NCBI GenBank assembly: GCA_964016885.1 | Contig: OZ024741.1 | Coordinates: 75,268,001 to 75,332,000, forward strand | Source of the DNA: Eledone cirrhosa | Lineage: Eukaryota | Direction: 5' to 3' | Length of the DNA: 64,000 bases | In this document: positions 27,590 through 41,269 of the stretch, piece after piece | How positions within the stretch are numbered: position 1 is the first letter of the stretch | Layout: each line of letters opens with the position of its first letter | The notes under the pieces: model-generated | Told to the model about the DNA's origin: nothing | Databases searched by the model: none | The model's input: the letters and a program-made list of their open reading frames with translations, nothing else | Position numbers and translations under genes: made by a program

Positions 27590-28604
27590 CAGGCTGCAAT
27601 GAAGATGGTATCTGACTCCATCCTCCTCATCAAGATCTTCTAAGGCTTGCTTGAACATCATGCTGAAGAAGATGGTGAAGAGTGTCAGGACCAGCACTCA
27701 ACTCTGTTTCACTCTGTTGATGATAAGGAGGGGCGCTGAGATGTCACTGCTGAGTCTGACTTGGTTACGCTGGTCTTCATGCAGCCAGATAACTAAGTTC
27801 AGGAACTTTGTGGACAACCAAGTCATTCATTCCGGAATCTGCCACATTCCTTTTCTACTCACTGTATCAAACACTTTAGTCAAGTCAATTAACACCACAT
27901 ACAGCCCTTTATTTTGCTCCTGGCACTTCTCTTGGAATTGCTTAAGATTAAACACCATGTCTGTGGTGTTCCTGTTAGCTCTAAAGCCACACAGGCCCTC
28001 TGGGAGATGTTCATCAGCAATGGTAAATATTGGTCTGTCCAGTAGAATCCTTGCAATGATTTTTCCTGCAACAGAGGGCAGAGTAATCCCTCCGGTAATT
28101 CCCAGAGTAATCCCCCGGTAATTTGAGCAGTCAGACATTTCCCCTTTGTTCCTTTACAGGGTGATGCAACATATGTAGAGCTCATGGAGTTAACCATGTA
28201 CCACTGTGTCCTCATGCTTCCAAATCACAAGTGGAATTCCATCGACTCGTTACTTTGACACTCCTGAGCTGCTCTATGGATTTGGTGGTCTCTTCAATGG
28301 TGAGCAATTCATCCAACTTCCCTTTTACTGGTTGTTGGGGAATGCAGAGAATTGCTGATTTCTGGAGAGTGCAGTTACACAAAAGAAGCCCCAGAAATAT
28401 TCTGACCAATGGCCTAGGATGGACGCCCTATCTGTGAGGAGTACTGCGCCATCTGCACTGCTCAAAATCTCTGGACCTGATATGTAGAGTCATACAACAC
28501 CTTTAAGGCTTCATAGAAAGCCCTGATAACTCCCGTGTCTGTGCACAGCTGAGTCCTCTCAGTAAGGCTGGTCCACCACTTGTTTTGGATCTCTTGAAGC
28601 TTGA
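27590..28604 (-). mobile_element. Degenerate RTE (BovB-like) RT fragment
   Basis: SDCSNYRGITL..SVAGKIIARILL..LPEGLCGFRANRNTTDMVF..QEKCQEQNKGLYVVLIDLTKVFDTVSR. Confidence 0.9.
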
Positions 28605-29266
28605 ATCATCATCATTTCATCATTTCATTTTACGTCCGCTTTTCCCTGCTTGCAAGGGTGGGACGGGAACTGATTCTGGCTTGATTTCTACAGCTGGATG
28701 CCCTTCCTAACACCAACCTCATTTACAGTGAGTGCTGGGTGCTTTTTTGCCGTGGCACCTCCACGACCACTTTGCAGTGGAATGATAAGGACCCCAATCC
28801 CTATCATCTCATTTCTACAGCTGAGTAAACTGGAGCAATGTGAAATAAAGTGTCTTGCTCAAGGAAACAACACATCACCCAGTCTGAGAATTGAACTCAC
28901 AACCTTTCGATTGCAAGGCAAATGCTCTAACCACTAAGCCATGTGCCTCCTTGAATGTGTGTATATATATATATGTATATATATATCATCATTGCATTTT
29001 CATTTCATTTTACGTCCCCTTTTCCCTGCTTGCAAGGGTGGGACGGGAACTGATATGGCTTGGTTCTACAGCTGGATGCCCTTCCTAACACCAACCTCAT
29101 TTACAGTGAGTGCTGGGTGCTTTTTTCCGTGGGTCCTACACGTCCACATTGCAGTGGAATGATAGGGACCCCAGTCCCTATCATTCCACATCTCATTTCT
29201 ACAGCTGAGTAAACTGGAGCAATGTTAAATAAAGTGTCTTGCTGAATGAAACAACACATCACCCAG

Positions 29267-29317
<51 letters not shown>

Positions 29318-29321
<4 letters not shown>

Positions 29322-29332
29322 GAGTGCTGTAT

Positions 29333-29376
<44 letters not shown>

Positions 29377-29748
29377 ATACAGCACTCGACAAGTTTTTGG
29401 AGTAGATATACGATATTAAATAAATGGAAACTATATTTATAAATATATATGTATAATGAAATAAATATGGTTTTATAAATATAGTTTCCATTTATTTAAT
29501 ATCGTATATCTACTCCAAAAACTTGTCGAGTGCTTTATATCAGTTATATATATATAAATATATATATATATAACTGATATAAAGCACTCGACAAGTTTTT
29601 GGAGTAGATATACGATATTAAATAAATGGAAACTATATTTATAAAACCATATTTATTTCATTATACATATTTCAGGGATACCAAATTAAAATATGGTATG
29701 CCTTCATCAGACAAAATACAATATATAAACAGTTTTATAAATAATTTT
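29318..29748. repeat. Four alternating-orientation copies of the adjacent PLE terminus, partly separated by (TA)n
   Basis: +29318-29338, -29372-29443, +29447-29545, -29570-29748. The segments match each other, and the three longer ones overlap pLTR 32299-32437. Confidence 0.9.
29654..29718 (-). ncRNA. Hammerhead ribozyme in the inverted pLTR
   Basis: TATTTTGT-CTGATGA-AGGCATACCA...TGGTATCCCT-GAAA-TATGTA-TA-ATGAAATA. Confidence 0.85.
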
Positions 29749-29752
29749 ATAA

Positions 29753-32433
29753 ATGCTTTTACTTATTGAAAATAATAGCTGTGAACTAAATAGAAAAAGA
29801 AAACAAATTATACAATTTTTTAATTACCTTAATCTAAAAATAGAAATAGAGAATAACCATAGAATAGTCAATTTTCTGGATGTAACACTAAATCTCAACA
29901 CATGTCTTCACTATCCATTTCACAAACTAAATGAGAACTTGAATTATGTCAATTTTAACTCTAATCACCCCAGATCTGTTAAAAATACTTTAGTGAACTC
30001 TGTTCAAGAACGAATTTCAAGAATTTCATCTAATAAAAATATTTTTGATGAAAAAGCGCAGTATTACAATGAAGCGTTAGCTAGAGCAGGATATAGAGAT
30101 AAAATTAAGTGCATCGATAATAATAAGCAAACTAACCAAAATAATAACAATTTTAATTACGGTAACAACCTTAACAACTATAATAGAAAACATTACAATA
30201 ATTCCAAAAGCCGAAAAAGAAATAGAACTAGAAATATATTATGGTTTGTCCCCCCCCCCCCCCTTCTCACTAAATATTAAAACCCATATTGCTAAACTAT
30301 TCTTTAATGCTCTTGACAAACGCTTCCCTAGAACACATAAATATCACTCAATTTTTAATAGACACACTATAAAATTAACTTACTCGTCCACCAAAAATTT
30401 AGCACAAATTATTAACAGAATTAATAATAGGAATTTAAAACCTAACCAAAATACCAATAATAACCCAAACAATATTCAATTAAATAACTGTAACTGTAGA
30501 AATAAATCTAACTGTCCGTTAAATAACAACTGCTTAGCTAAAAATGTAGTGTACAATTGTAATGTTAAAACTAATTTAAATTCTTTTAACTATATTGGTT
30601 CCACCTCGATAGAATTTAAACTTCGCTTCAATAATCATAAGAATTCTTTCACAGATCCAAACAAAAAATCCTCAACTTCGCTATCTAGCCTACTCTGGCA
30701 CATTAAACGAGATAATGTTAAATATTCGATGATTTGGAATATTGTCTCAAAAGGTATTCCTTCTAATTCCTCATCAGAGAATTGTGATCTTTGTGTAGAG
30801 GAAATATTCTTTATATTAAAGTCCAAAAATTCCCTTAATTTAAGGAGCAATTTATTCAGTTGCTGCAGACATAGATTGAACTCAACGTTTAAATATAAAT
30901 ATAAATTTAAAATGTAGTATAATTAATTAAGAAATTTAGTTAATATATGAAACCTGATGATAAATCATTAGATTCCTTCACCTTTTTCTTTTTAAACTTT
31001 CTTCCTAAATATAAACAAGGATATAATAAACTACTCTAAAATGTATATGCTCCCAATGTATTAAATAAAATTTACGTAAGATAAATTCCTATACTAAATA
31101 TTAGGGCATCCGTAGAATCACTGGGTCTTCTAAATCTTTTAAATTATTTTTGGTTTTTTATTTGTTTTTTGACTCTGATAGCTTCTAATAACTTTCATAT
31201 GTCTACCCTTGCAATATCTTGTTTGAGATATAGGTAGGATAGATTTCTATAATAAATATATAAAACATATTGTTTTTAACTTGAGATACTCTATAGTGTG
31301 TTAAAGATATTTAATGCTTTGATATTTCTGTATTAATATATTGATATTTGATTATCTCTATACAAAGGCCATTTGTGTGTATTAACATGCATATAAAAGG
31401 TTTATAGAGTTTATTTATGTGTTCGTATATATGTCTGTATATATGCATAGCGATGCTGGAAAACTCACGCAGATATTTATTTATACATATATTTGTGTAT
31501 GTATGGTTGTGTGTGTATATGTTGATGTGTGGTGCAGATATGCATAATATTAAATACATGAACGGTAATCATATATGTGAGGACATGAATATTAATCGTA
31601 TTTTTATGTATAGATACTGTGAAATTTTTATAACACAAGAAATGTATAGAAGTGATCAAGTGAAATCATTTGTATGTCTATATTATTGACTGGAGTAGAC
31701 ATAATTTTCTCTTTTTTCAGAACGTACATATGCGTGTATATATATATATATACATATGTGTATCCGTATTTTTATAAATAGGGTAATTTTTTAAGGTTTT
31801 AACTCAGATTTTGATATATTGACCTCAAGGTTTTAAACTAAACATATGGTCATTATTGAACAATGTTATTTTCTCATATTATATATCTATGTCTCATTCA
31901 TGAATATTGATATTTACATTTTTATTATTCATTTCATATGAATTGTTAATTTAATTTAATATGACATGACGTAAAGTTGTCACTATATCCTCCCCTCTCT
32001 ATATAGTACTTCCTCTCTCTTGAGTTTCTCTATCTGTATGATGAATTATTATCTCTCTGTTGCTTTCTTTTATCTTTCTTATTTCTTTCTTTTTTCTTTC
32101 TTTTTCATTTCCTCCTATCTATTTATATATATCTTCCTTTTCTCTCTGTCCTTTTTTTCTCTCCTTCTCTCTCTCCGTTTTTCTTTCTCTCCGTCTTTTT
32201 TCTAACTGTGCTTAACACTACAACTAATAAAATAATTATAAACATCTCACTATCCAGACAGCTTCCAAAAGTAATGGTCGCTTCTAATAGGGTACGTCAA
32301 AATTATTTATAAAACTGTTTATATATTGTATTTTGTCTGATGAAGGTATACCATATTTTAATTTCGTATCCCTGAAATATGTATAATGAAATAAATATGG
32401 TTTTATAAATATAGTTTCCATTTATTTAATATC

Positions 32434-32437
<4 letters not shown>
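29753..32437 (+). mobile_element. 5'-truncated Penelope-like element (RT thumb + GIY-YIG; Hydra-clade-like), frameshift in the poly-C at ~30250
   Basis: NFLDVTLNL, SNHP, WF.PPFS, CNCRNKSNCPL (CxCx5C), VVY..YIGST..FKLRFNNH, CDLCVEE, CCRH. Stop at 30917, then ~1.4 kb AT-rich 3' region and an HHR-bearing pLTR ending in (TA)n. Confidence 0.9.
32329..32393 (+). ncRNA. Hammerhead ribozyme in the PLE 3' pLTR
   Basis: TATTTTGT-CTGATGA-stem II-GAAA-TATGTA-TA-ATGAAATA. Confidence 0.85.
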
Positions 32438-32470
<33 letters not shown>

Positions 32471-32472
<2 letters not shown>

Positions 32473-32750
32473 AAAGTGAGGTTTTTTTTTTTAAATGAAA
32501 AATAACCGAGGTGTCCTACACGAGTGAAAGTATAAGGAAAAAAGATGAAATCGAAAATGCAACTGGAGTCTTTTTTTTTTAAATATATATTTATTTGGTT
32601 CCTCAGATGTGAAAAAAGCCACAGACCCGCCTTCTCAACTCTACTTTTGAAAAGCAGAAGAACTGCGAAACCGGTAAAGGAAGCAAATAAATATATATTT
32701 AAAAAAAAAAGACTCCAGTTGCATTTTCGATTTCATCTTTTTTCCTTATA
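32471..32750. mobile_element. Fold-back pLTR-like insertion in (TA)n with a degenerate HHR (32641-32683)
   Basis: Arms 32531-32603 / 32678-32750. TTGAAAA-GCAG-AAGAA-CTGC-GAAA-CCGG-TA, with the core mutated from CTGANGA. Confidence 0.7.
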
Positions 32751-32822
32751 TATATATATATGTGTGTGTGTGTGTATATATACATATGTATATACATATA
32801 TACATTTATGTATACATATATA

Positions 32823-33222
32823 CATGATGGACTCTCTCATTGTATTTTGACATACAATGGTAAAAATGACCCTTTTGCTTTTCTTTTTTTACAGAGCTGG
32901 TAGAGCTGTTGAGCTACCCACTGAAATGAATTGTTTATAGTGGTGAAGGCTTGTGTTGGACCAGCCCCACCTTTTGGAAATTTTGATAACAAAGGATTGG
33001 TGCAAAAGTTTGCCACAGCCCAGTGAACAAAACACTTGAGGTATTGGATGGCCATTGACTCTCAAGAGTTTCTCTGCCCTTTTCTAGCAGGATTTGTTTT
33101 TCATCCTATAGGATGTCCAAAATTCCCCTCCTCACCAAGCAAGCTTTGTGGAGTTACCAATTTAGTCACTGATGACCCGATAATGTGACAGGTTGTACTG
33201 GACTACATGTTACCAGTAGCGC
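32823..33222 (-). mobile_element. Non-autonomous bipartite RTE-like derivative (related copies 44712-45205, 48143-48600)
   Basis: All three share the 5' motif CTGGTAACATGTA..C.AGT.CAACCTGT and a CCATCAT-type 3' end, with no RT between them. Confidence 0.55.
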
Positions 33223-34227
33223 ACAAAGGTGACCTGATACACCCACATATATATGTATAAATACTCGTTATCCCACTTGTGTACCTAAGAATTCTTATTT
33301 ATTATTCAATAGAATAACATTGCAAATATGTTTTAAATATATACATAAATAACATTACAAATACGTAAATAACATTATAAATTGCTCGCAATTCGTTCAG
33401 AAGGACATTACAAATATAATGTCTAAGCCGTGTAAAATAACACAATAATATAAATTCATTGAACAAAAATAATAAAGGAAAGAAAAAAAGGGGGAGGAAC
33501 AATTAACCACCAAGTGTGATAATCAGCTGCACCTCACACCTTAGGGGTTAACTGCACACTTTCAGGCAAGCCAACATGCTCACAGCATTACCATGGTTGT
33601 TAGTGAGGCTAACGTGCTGAAATAACCAGGCACCCTCATGGGTATCACCTGACACCTCAGTAAAGTGAGCTGCTACTATATTGTGTACATCGTATGGAGT
33701 TTCTACCTACTCCCTTTCTACATATTGAGCAGTGCTACTTCCCTAAAGGAATCAGGATCCTATCTTCTGTTCATACCAATGAAGAATTTTGGAGGGATTT
33801 GATAATATAACTAACTATCTAATTATGAAGCTGGTGTTTGAAACATAAATGAATAACCCACATAAAATTATGATGGTAGATTTTTTTTTTTTAGATACAT
33901 GTAAACTTTTAAAATAAATAGTTTTGTATTGTTGAACCAGGGGTTGTTTTATGGCTTTGATATCAGAATTGTTAGACAGCTGAATATGTTGCTTTTTTTA
34001 AGGAGCCAATGTGATTTTTCAATAATTTCCATTGTATATACATTGGACATAGTTATCTCTGAAAGCTCCCATTCTTTTTTTCTTAAATCTGAGTGTTTTG
34101 ACATTTACACACATCTGGGAGTTTTGATATTTTGATGTCAATGGTTTCCTGAAAAATCTGCAAAACAAAAAGTTGCTTTGCTGTGCAACAAAGAATGATA
34201 TGAATGCCAACAAGTCTTGTGCATATG

Positions 34228-34647
34228 TCTGCTGGACATCACCAGAGCGCGTTAGCCCCCTGGTGTCTGCATAGCTATGGCTTCCTAAAACCGTATTTCT
34301 TTGGAGATACGAAATTTCTATACATATTGTATAAAGCTATGCTTGAAGCGAAATCTTATTTCTTTTCTAGAAGTTGAGCCAACTTATGCAGCTTCATATG
34401 CAAATGAGATTAATCACCTCATTTACACAGACGAGAAAACTATATACTCTCGGCTGTCTTCTAGTCCAGCAGTCGCAAGCGGTGGGAAGGATCTCCTGAC
34501 GAAGGCCAGTTAAGCCTGAAATGCATAGATGGTTGTCCCCCTTGCTTCTGCTGGATATCACCAGAGGGCGTTAGCCCCCGGGTGTTTGCAAAGCTACGGC
34601 TTCCTAAAACCGTATTTCTTTGGAGATACGAAATTTCTATACATATA
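34228..34647 (+). mobile_element. Retrozyme-like element: 319 nt unit with ~100 nt terminal redundancy and one HHR
   Basis: Direct repeat 34228-34327 / 34547-34647, ends in TATATAT, no ORF. Confidence 0.75.
34491..34532 (+). ncRNA. Minimal type I hammerhead ribozyme
   Basis: CTGACGA-AGGC-CAGTTAA-GCCT-GAAA-TGCA-TA-GAT, palindromic ATGCAT stem III, short stem I. Confidence 0.75.
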
Positions 34648-35769
34648 TATCATCATCATCACCGTTTTACGTCCGTTCTTCATGCTAGCATGGGTTAGAT
34701 AGGTTGTCCTGTTGTGGGCAGTGTCCAGTCGGCTGACCATGTCTTGCTCATACGGGAACTGATTCTGGCTTGATTTCTACAGCTGGATGCCCTTCCTAAC
34801 ACCAACCTCATTTACAGTGAATGGTGAGTGCTTTTTTCCATGGCGCCTCCACGACCACTTTACAGTGGAATGATAGGGACCCCAGTCCTATCATCTCATT
34901 GTAAACACAATCAAATCTTTCATGGCGGTGGGTGGCTGAACTTGCCTGTAGAACAATGAGAGAGGGGGTGGAGCCGGTCAAGTGTTGAAAGTGAATTCTA
35001 TACAGCAAATTCTAAGGAGTGTGGAAGAAATTAGGCTAACTAGAAAGCAGGCGAAAAAAGAATTCTGGAGGAATCTGAGAGTAGGAAGTTATAAAAGTAA
35101 AACGTTAATAAATTGAAATTAAAAAATTAAAAAATAATAATAGTATTAAAAAATTAAATAATAAAAAATAATTAAAAAACTAGAGTCTAAAACAGCTGCT
35201 ATATTTTTAGCTGGTATTGCGTTTTCGGCCAATGCTATATTTACTGGGGTGGGGTACTGAGGGTACAAAAGCCCGATGGGCTGCTTCAGGGTAAGCGAAA
35301 GAGGAAAAAGGAAAAGGAAGAGGAGAGGGAGTGGAAGGAAGTGAGAAGAAGAGATAAAGGAAAAAAAAGAAAAGAAGTACATCTACCTATGTATACTGGG
35401 GTTTCCCCTATCTTGTTCGGCAAGTGGGGAAAATAAGGATGTTACAGCCATTGTCTACCCACCCGGGTCATGAAGGGGTTTGAGGGCGAGGTAAGTCCTA
35501 CGCAATCGGTGTTTACATGCAGTTACAAGTTCGTCTTTTGACCAATCCTTTTGACAACTACAATCTTCTCATATAAGGAATTACCCCTTGAAAAGTTGGG
35601 CTATTTATTACCACGCTAAAAATCTAATTTAGTCCAGAAATAGCCGTTGAAACGGCTTGAGCTCTGCCGTCGGGGTCTTGAACAGTTTCCTCTTACCCAT
35701 TTTAATACCCTAAGTATTGAGTACTCTGGTACATTATGGTCCACCTGGTTCCTTACCACACTTCCTTCG

Positions 35770-35814
<45 letters not shown>

Positions 35815-35866
35815 GAAGAATTAGGCACATATATATACACATATTATACACACATATATATATATA

Positions 35867-35902
<36 letters not shown>

Positions 35903-35959
35903 TATATATATATATATAAATACATATATATATATAAATATATACATATATATAAATAA

Positions 35960-36754
35960 TGTGGGTAATATTAAATAATCAATATAATCCAATTAAAAGT
36001 ATGATAGTAGCTCAATGTAAAATAACAAATATAATACAGAGCCGGAATACTTTATAAATAACAATCAAAGTGTGTTTAATAACATTTAATTACTAACGAT
36101 CGTTTCATCCAAGCACAAGGCTGGATTCATCAGAGTATAAATCAAAGGTTAGAACACATATAACATTGTTAAATAACATTGTGGGCATACCGTATATGGG
36201 AAGAAAGCAAAAATAATAGGTATTAACATTGATATAAGAGAGGAAAGCAAGAAGCACATGAAAAGGATGATCATATAAATATGATTAACAATCAGCAGCT
36301 AGAGGCATTAAGAAAACCTAAAAACAAGATGGTATAAAGAAAAGAAAAAAAGCTGCTATAAGGAATTTAAGCATAATTGTTTCTACATTTGGCACAAAGC
36401 CAGCAAATTATCCAGTGTATTACTGGTACTTTATTTTATCGACCCCGAAAGGATGAAAGGCAAAGTTAACCTCGGCGGGAATTTAAGCATAATGCAAGCA
36501 TATTATACATTGACAAATCTACATATAACATAAGCATTACAACAGTCTATAAATTCTAGTGCATGGATCAAATATAAATTTAACTTTAAGAATGTGAAAA
36601 TACATCTTCAAGGTATTTTACTATATTTATATTAAAGTTATCTATGTTCTAACTTTTGATTTATACTCCGATGAATATGGCCTTGTGCTTGGATGAAACG
36701 ATCGTTAGTAATTAAATGTTATTAAACACTCTTTGATTGTTATTTATAAAGTAT
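35960..36754. mobile_element. pLTR-like insertion in (TA)n with inverted arms (36047-36164 / 36637-36754), each carrying an HHR; later SINE B insertion in the spacer
   Basis: Minus HHR 36088-36139 CTGATGA-ATCCA...TGGAT-GAAA-CGATCG-TTA; plus copy 36661-36715 has CCGATGA. The SINE is flanked by a GGAATTTAAGCATAAT duplication. Confidence 0.85.
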
Positions 36755-36887
36755 ATATAGATATGTATATATATATATAATCATTAACATTTAACGTTCA
36801 CTTTCCCAGCTAACAAGAGCTAGACAGGTCTACATAAACCAAGTTATATACGATATATGTATATTTATATATATATATATATATATA

Positions 36888-38080
36888 TCATCATCATCAT
36901 CATCATTTTATGTCCACTTTTCCCTGCTTGCAAGGGTTGGACGGATCCTATTCAGCACAGCATCTCTCCACTTGTCACGGTCCCTTGTCATCTCCTCCGT
37001 GAGTTTCAGTGATCTGAGGTCTGCTCTCACAAGCTCCGCCCATGTTTTTCATGGTCTACCTCTACTGCGTCTTCCTTATACTGGGATTTCTTGGCACTTC
37101 TTTACCCAGCGGTCATCCTCCATACGCATCACATGTCCATACCATCTCAGCCTTCTCTCCTGCACACCACAACTTATCCCTCTTATACCCAGTTTCTTTC
37201 TCAACTCGTCTATGCTTGGTCGTTCACGCACATTGGCAATGCACATCCAACGGAGCATACTTGCTTCATTTCTCTCCAACCGTCGCATATCTTCTGCAGT
37301 TGCTGCCCATGTCTCACTACCATGCAGCATCGTGCATCTCACACAGGCATCATATAACCGGCCTTTCGTATGCAGGGAGACACCCTTCTTTGTCAACAGA
37401 AGAAGCAGCTCCCTACACTTCTTCCAATCCATCCTTATGCTAGATACTATGGTCTCGGAACAACCCCTCCCATACTAATCTGATCACCTAGGTCCTGGAA
37501 GCTATCAACTACTTCTATATAACCCACCTACATTGGAAAAATGTGTCTATCACTGCAATTACTACTGCCAACTTTCCCTGTACATCTACTGCATACATAG
37601 TTTTCCCTACCTGTTAGTTTGCCTGCTATCCCGCTACATCTCTTGTGTACCCAAGATCTGCATTGCGTACATTTTATGGAATTTATGCCAGTTCCTTTCC
37701 TACATATCGAACACGGCCATTTCCCCGATGGAATCAGAGTATTGTCCTCTCTTCTACTTATCAACACTTTTGTTTTAGCTATGTTCACCCTCAGGCCTCT
37801 TGATTCCAACTGCTGTTTCCATAGCCAGAATCTATTCTCTAGCTCCTCACTGATTCTGCTATAAGAACCAGATCATCAGCATAGAGAAGTTCCCATGGGC
37901 ATCCAGTCTTAAACTCTTCTGTTATGGTTTGGAGGATATAATGAACAAGAGCGGGCTGAGGACCGAACCCTGATGTATACCTACTTGTATCTGGAATTCC
38001 TCACTAAACTCCATTCCTATTCTCACTTTACTGACAGCACCCCTGTACATAGCTTGCACTGTCCTCACAAGCCATTCCTC
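36888..38080 (-). mobile_element. 5'-truncated RTE LINE, flanked by TA
   Basis: VGIHQGSVLSPLLFII, ELLYADDL, GLRVNIAKTK, WPCSICRKG..C..C..WVHKRCSG, RRLRWYGHVMRM, (GAT)n tail. Confidence 0.92.
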
Positions 38081-38083
38081 TAT

Positions 38084-38279
38084 ATATTGTTATACTTAGG
38101 GAGGGTAATATTGTTGTAATAATACTGTCAGAAATAATAAGAGAACACACTCCCTGTTTCGTTGGTTTTCACTTCGGTTATTATTTCTGGCAATATTATT
38201 ACAACAATATGACCCTCCCCAAGTATAACAATATTTGTTTTGACACACGATTTCATATCAAAAACCTTGCAATACAAAT
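38084..38279. repeat. Mini fold-back insertion in TA (arms 38084-38140 / 38178-38234)
   Basis: 57 bp arms with ~4 mismatches; the right arm extends ~45 nt further into (TA)n. Confidence 0.85.
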
Positions 38280-38536
38280 ATATATATATATATATATATT
38301 TGTATATATAAATATCTGTATGTTTTATATTCAATACATTCTCTTATATCTCCCCAAATTGAAATTTTGGATTAAGTTTAATATGTTTAATTACATATAT
38401 CAATTACTTGATAATTTATTAGCACATTTTATCCTTTTATTGCGATGTCTAAGTATTAGAGACAAATAACTTTGGAATTGATAATAGCTACTCTTTCAAT
38501 GTAGAGTAAATTTATCTGAATTTATGTGTATGTATG

Positions 38537-38570
<34 letters not shown>

Positions 38571-38655
38571 CGTGTGTATATATATACACATATACATATA
38601 TACATATGTATATATGTATATATCTATATATATACATACACACATATATATATAT

Positions 38656-38708
<53 letters not shown>

Positions 38709-39650
38709 TGCATACACATATAGACAGAGTAGTAAACAGTACAGTGCATTGTTTAATTACCAAATGAACATATCCCTCTCTATATATTAGGACAATACTA
38801 CAGGCTAATAATGACGCTAGAAATAGCCGCTTAAATTCAGATAAATCTACTCTAACACATCTGGATTTTCACATTCTATTGTAGCAAGCTACTTTCCTTT
38901 CGCGCATTGATACTCTTTCCGTTCGTGAAGTTAAGCCAATCGTGATCCGCGCACGGATATGTATTTTCAACTTCCCCACCAAACGGAGAATTTCCCGCAT
39001 CTTTTAATAAATTTAATCACTTTGCGTGTCAACTGCATAGGGTAAACATCTATTCTTATTTTGCTCCACAACCAACAGCCAATATACAATCAAAACAACG
39101 TAACCACGGGCCTGGCTTCTCACTTCAGCCAGTATACCTTGTCTTCTCTTCTAAACTCTTAATTTGTTTGATTCATTTATTTTGGCATGCCAACCCAGCT
39201 TAATCCAGCTCTTCTTAACCTTTGTTAATAAATTATGTAAAAACATGCCAAAGTCTTGTGATGCTATTTACCACAACCATTGTCTATAAATGTGATATGG
39301 AAATATTCTTTCCAGAGTTATATTCACAGCAGAGCAACAGATTATGAGACTTACAGCAGAACCTTAATTCAACTTACATTTATTGATATTATGAACCATA
39401 CCTTTCCAATTACAAACAAATACGTTGTCATTACATAATCTTGTAGATATTACTCACTGCTAAAAGTATTGCTATACATCTAAAATGGTGACCTCTGTTG
39501 ATACACAATACACAAAACAACACATATACAAATAATAACTATTATCAATAATTCTTTTTAACTGCTTCACTATTTTCTGAAGTTCACTATTTTTAGAAAA
39601 ACCTTCATGCGAACATTAATATGGTGATAATGTATATATATATATATATA

Positions 39651-39870
39651 GTTAAAAGAATAGAGGTGTAACACACAAGTTATTATATATTGGTAAACGG
39701 AATAGAAAATGCTGACAAATTGTTCACAGTTGAAAAATGGTTTAATTAGGAATAAAAGAGTATTAGTGATTGTATGGGTTAGTATTCAGTTGTACTCTTT
39801 TATTCCTAATTAAACCATTTTTCAACTGTGAACAATTTGTCAGCATTTTCTATTCCGTTTACCAATATAT
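39651..39870. repeat. Mini fold-back insertion in (TA)n (arms ~39684-39762 / 39793-39870)
   Basis: Apparently perfect ~78 bp arms; the left arm extends ~33 nt into (TA)n. Confidence 0.9.
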
Positions 39871-41269
39871 ATATATATATATATATTGAAGAGGACGAGG
39901 GAGAATATACTTTTATTTTTCTGTTTTGCAAGAAAACAATACACTCAGTAACTTTTGGAATAAATATTTCTATTAATACATTACAATATGCTGGATTTCT
40001 TGAAACCTTAAACCAACGCTAATGGTGCAGAACACATGCACATATTGGTGGTAGCAATCATGTGTCAATCTCATTTCACATGAATGTTAATTAATAAAAT
40101 GCCTCATTAGTTAATCAAGTGCATAATTAATTGATTGCTCTAGATAACAATGTAGTAAATGCAAGTGATAATATTTTGATATGTATGTAAGCATGGATTT
40201 ATTGAATTAGGGAAAACGTCAACACTTACATACATTTATGTCTTCATAAATGCACACCCACACAGTCATATATGTGTGAATGTATGTGTGAATGTAGGTG
40301 TACTTATGTATGTTTGTGCATGCATTGCAAGCAGGGAAAAGCGGACGTAAAATGATGATGATGATGATGATCATGATAAATAGATAATTAGATAGATATA
40401 GATATATATGTGTGTGTGTGTGTTAATGTATGTATGTGTGTGAGTATGTATGTATGTATGAATGTATGTATGGACCTGTAAATCCTGATGGAGTTGTAAA
40501 GGTGCCATAGAGATACAGTATGTTTTGTGCATTTTAAACCTGGCAATACCCATCCCATATCCAGGTCTGGACACAGCCAATTTCTTCCATAGAAGGATAG
40601 AGTGAGAGAGAATGATAAAGAGGAAGGGGAAAAGAGGCATAGAGGACAAACGACTGCAGTACTGGACTGATACCTTTTTATCCACCTCAAAAGGATGAAA
40701 AAGAAAAAGTTGACAGGATTTAAAATCAGAGAGTGCATAAAGCTAGAGCAAAAATTGTGAAGCATTCTGCCCAGTATTCTGATGGCTCTGCCACTTAGCC
40801 ACATTTATATCTATGACTATATACATATGTTTGCTCCTTTCTGAACCTTGTTTGGGGTCTCAAGATATGTAACCTTTGTGCGTCCATCCCTGACCTTCCA
40901 GGGCAGGTCGCAGACACATCGCCAGTTTTTAGAGCATGAAATGGAGACAGCAATACCTAAGGCCTGAACACGTCTCTTGTTAACTCACATGATGGACAGT
41001 GCAGAATGATTCTTTTTCTTCCCTCTCGGTATTTTTTCAAACCCGCAAAGACAAAGCCTTTTTAGAGGTGACCTTCACTAGCCTTGTCGTAGCTACATTA
41101 CTGGGTTGTGAGAATTTTCTTGGGAGCTGAAGGTGTCACCCATTGCTCCATCTCTCCTAGTAGTTTACCGCTGTTGGTCTGAGATTGCTTATTAATCCAG
41201 CAGGTGCTTGCTTATATCACAACTAACCATCATAACTGGTGACCATATTATTATCCACCCCTGTGACCT

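Noticed and set aside
30954-30990. Hammerhead at CTGATGA just after the PLE stop
   Set aside because: No stem II-GAAA-stem III downstream
34900-35771. Possible further decayed PLE 3' end on the minus strand (LYEKI..ELVTACKHR; CTGAAGC..GAAA)
   Set aside because: Several frameshifts needed and stem I does not pair; too weak to call
38860-39120. CpG- and CCAAT-containing patch as a promoter
   Set aside because: No linked exon or ORF could be supported
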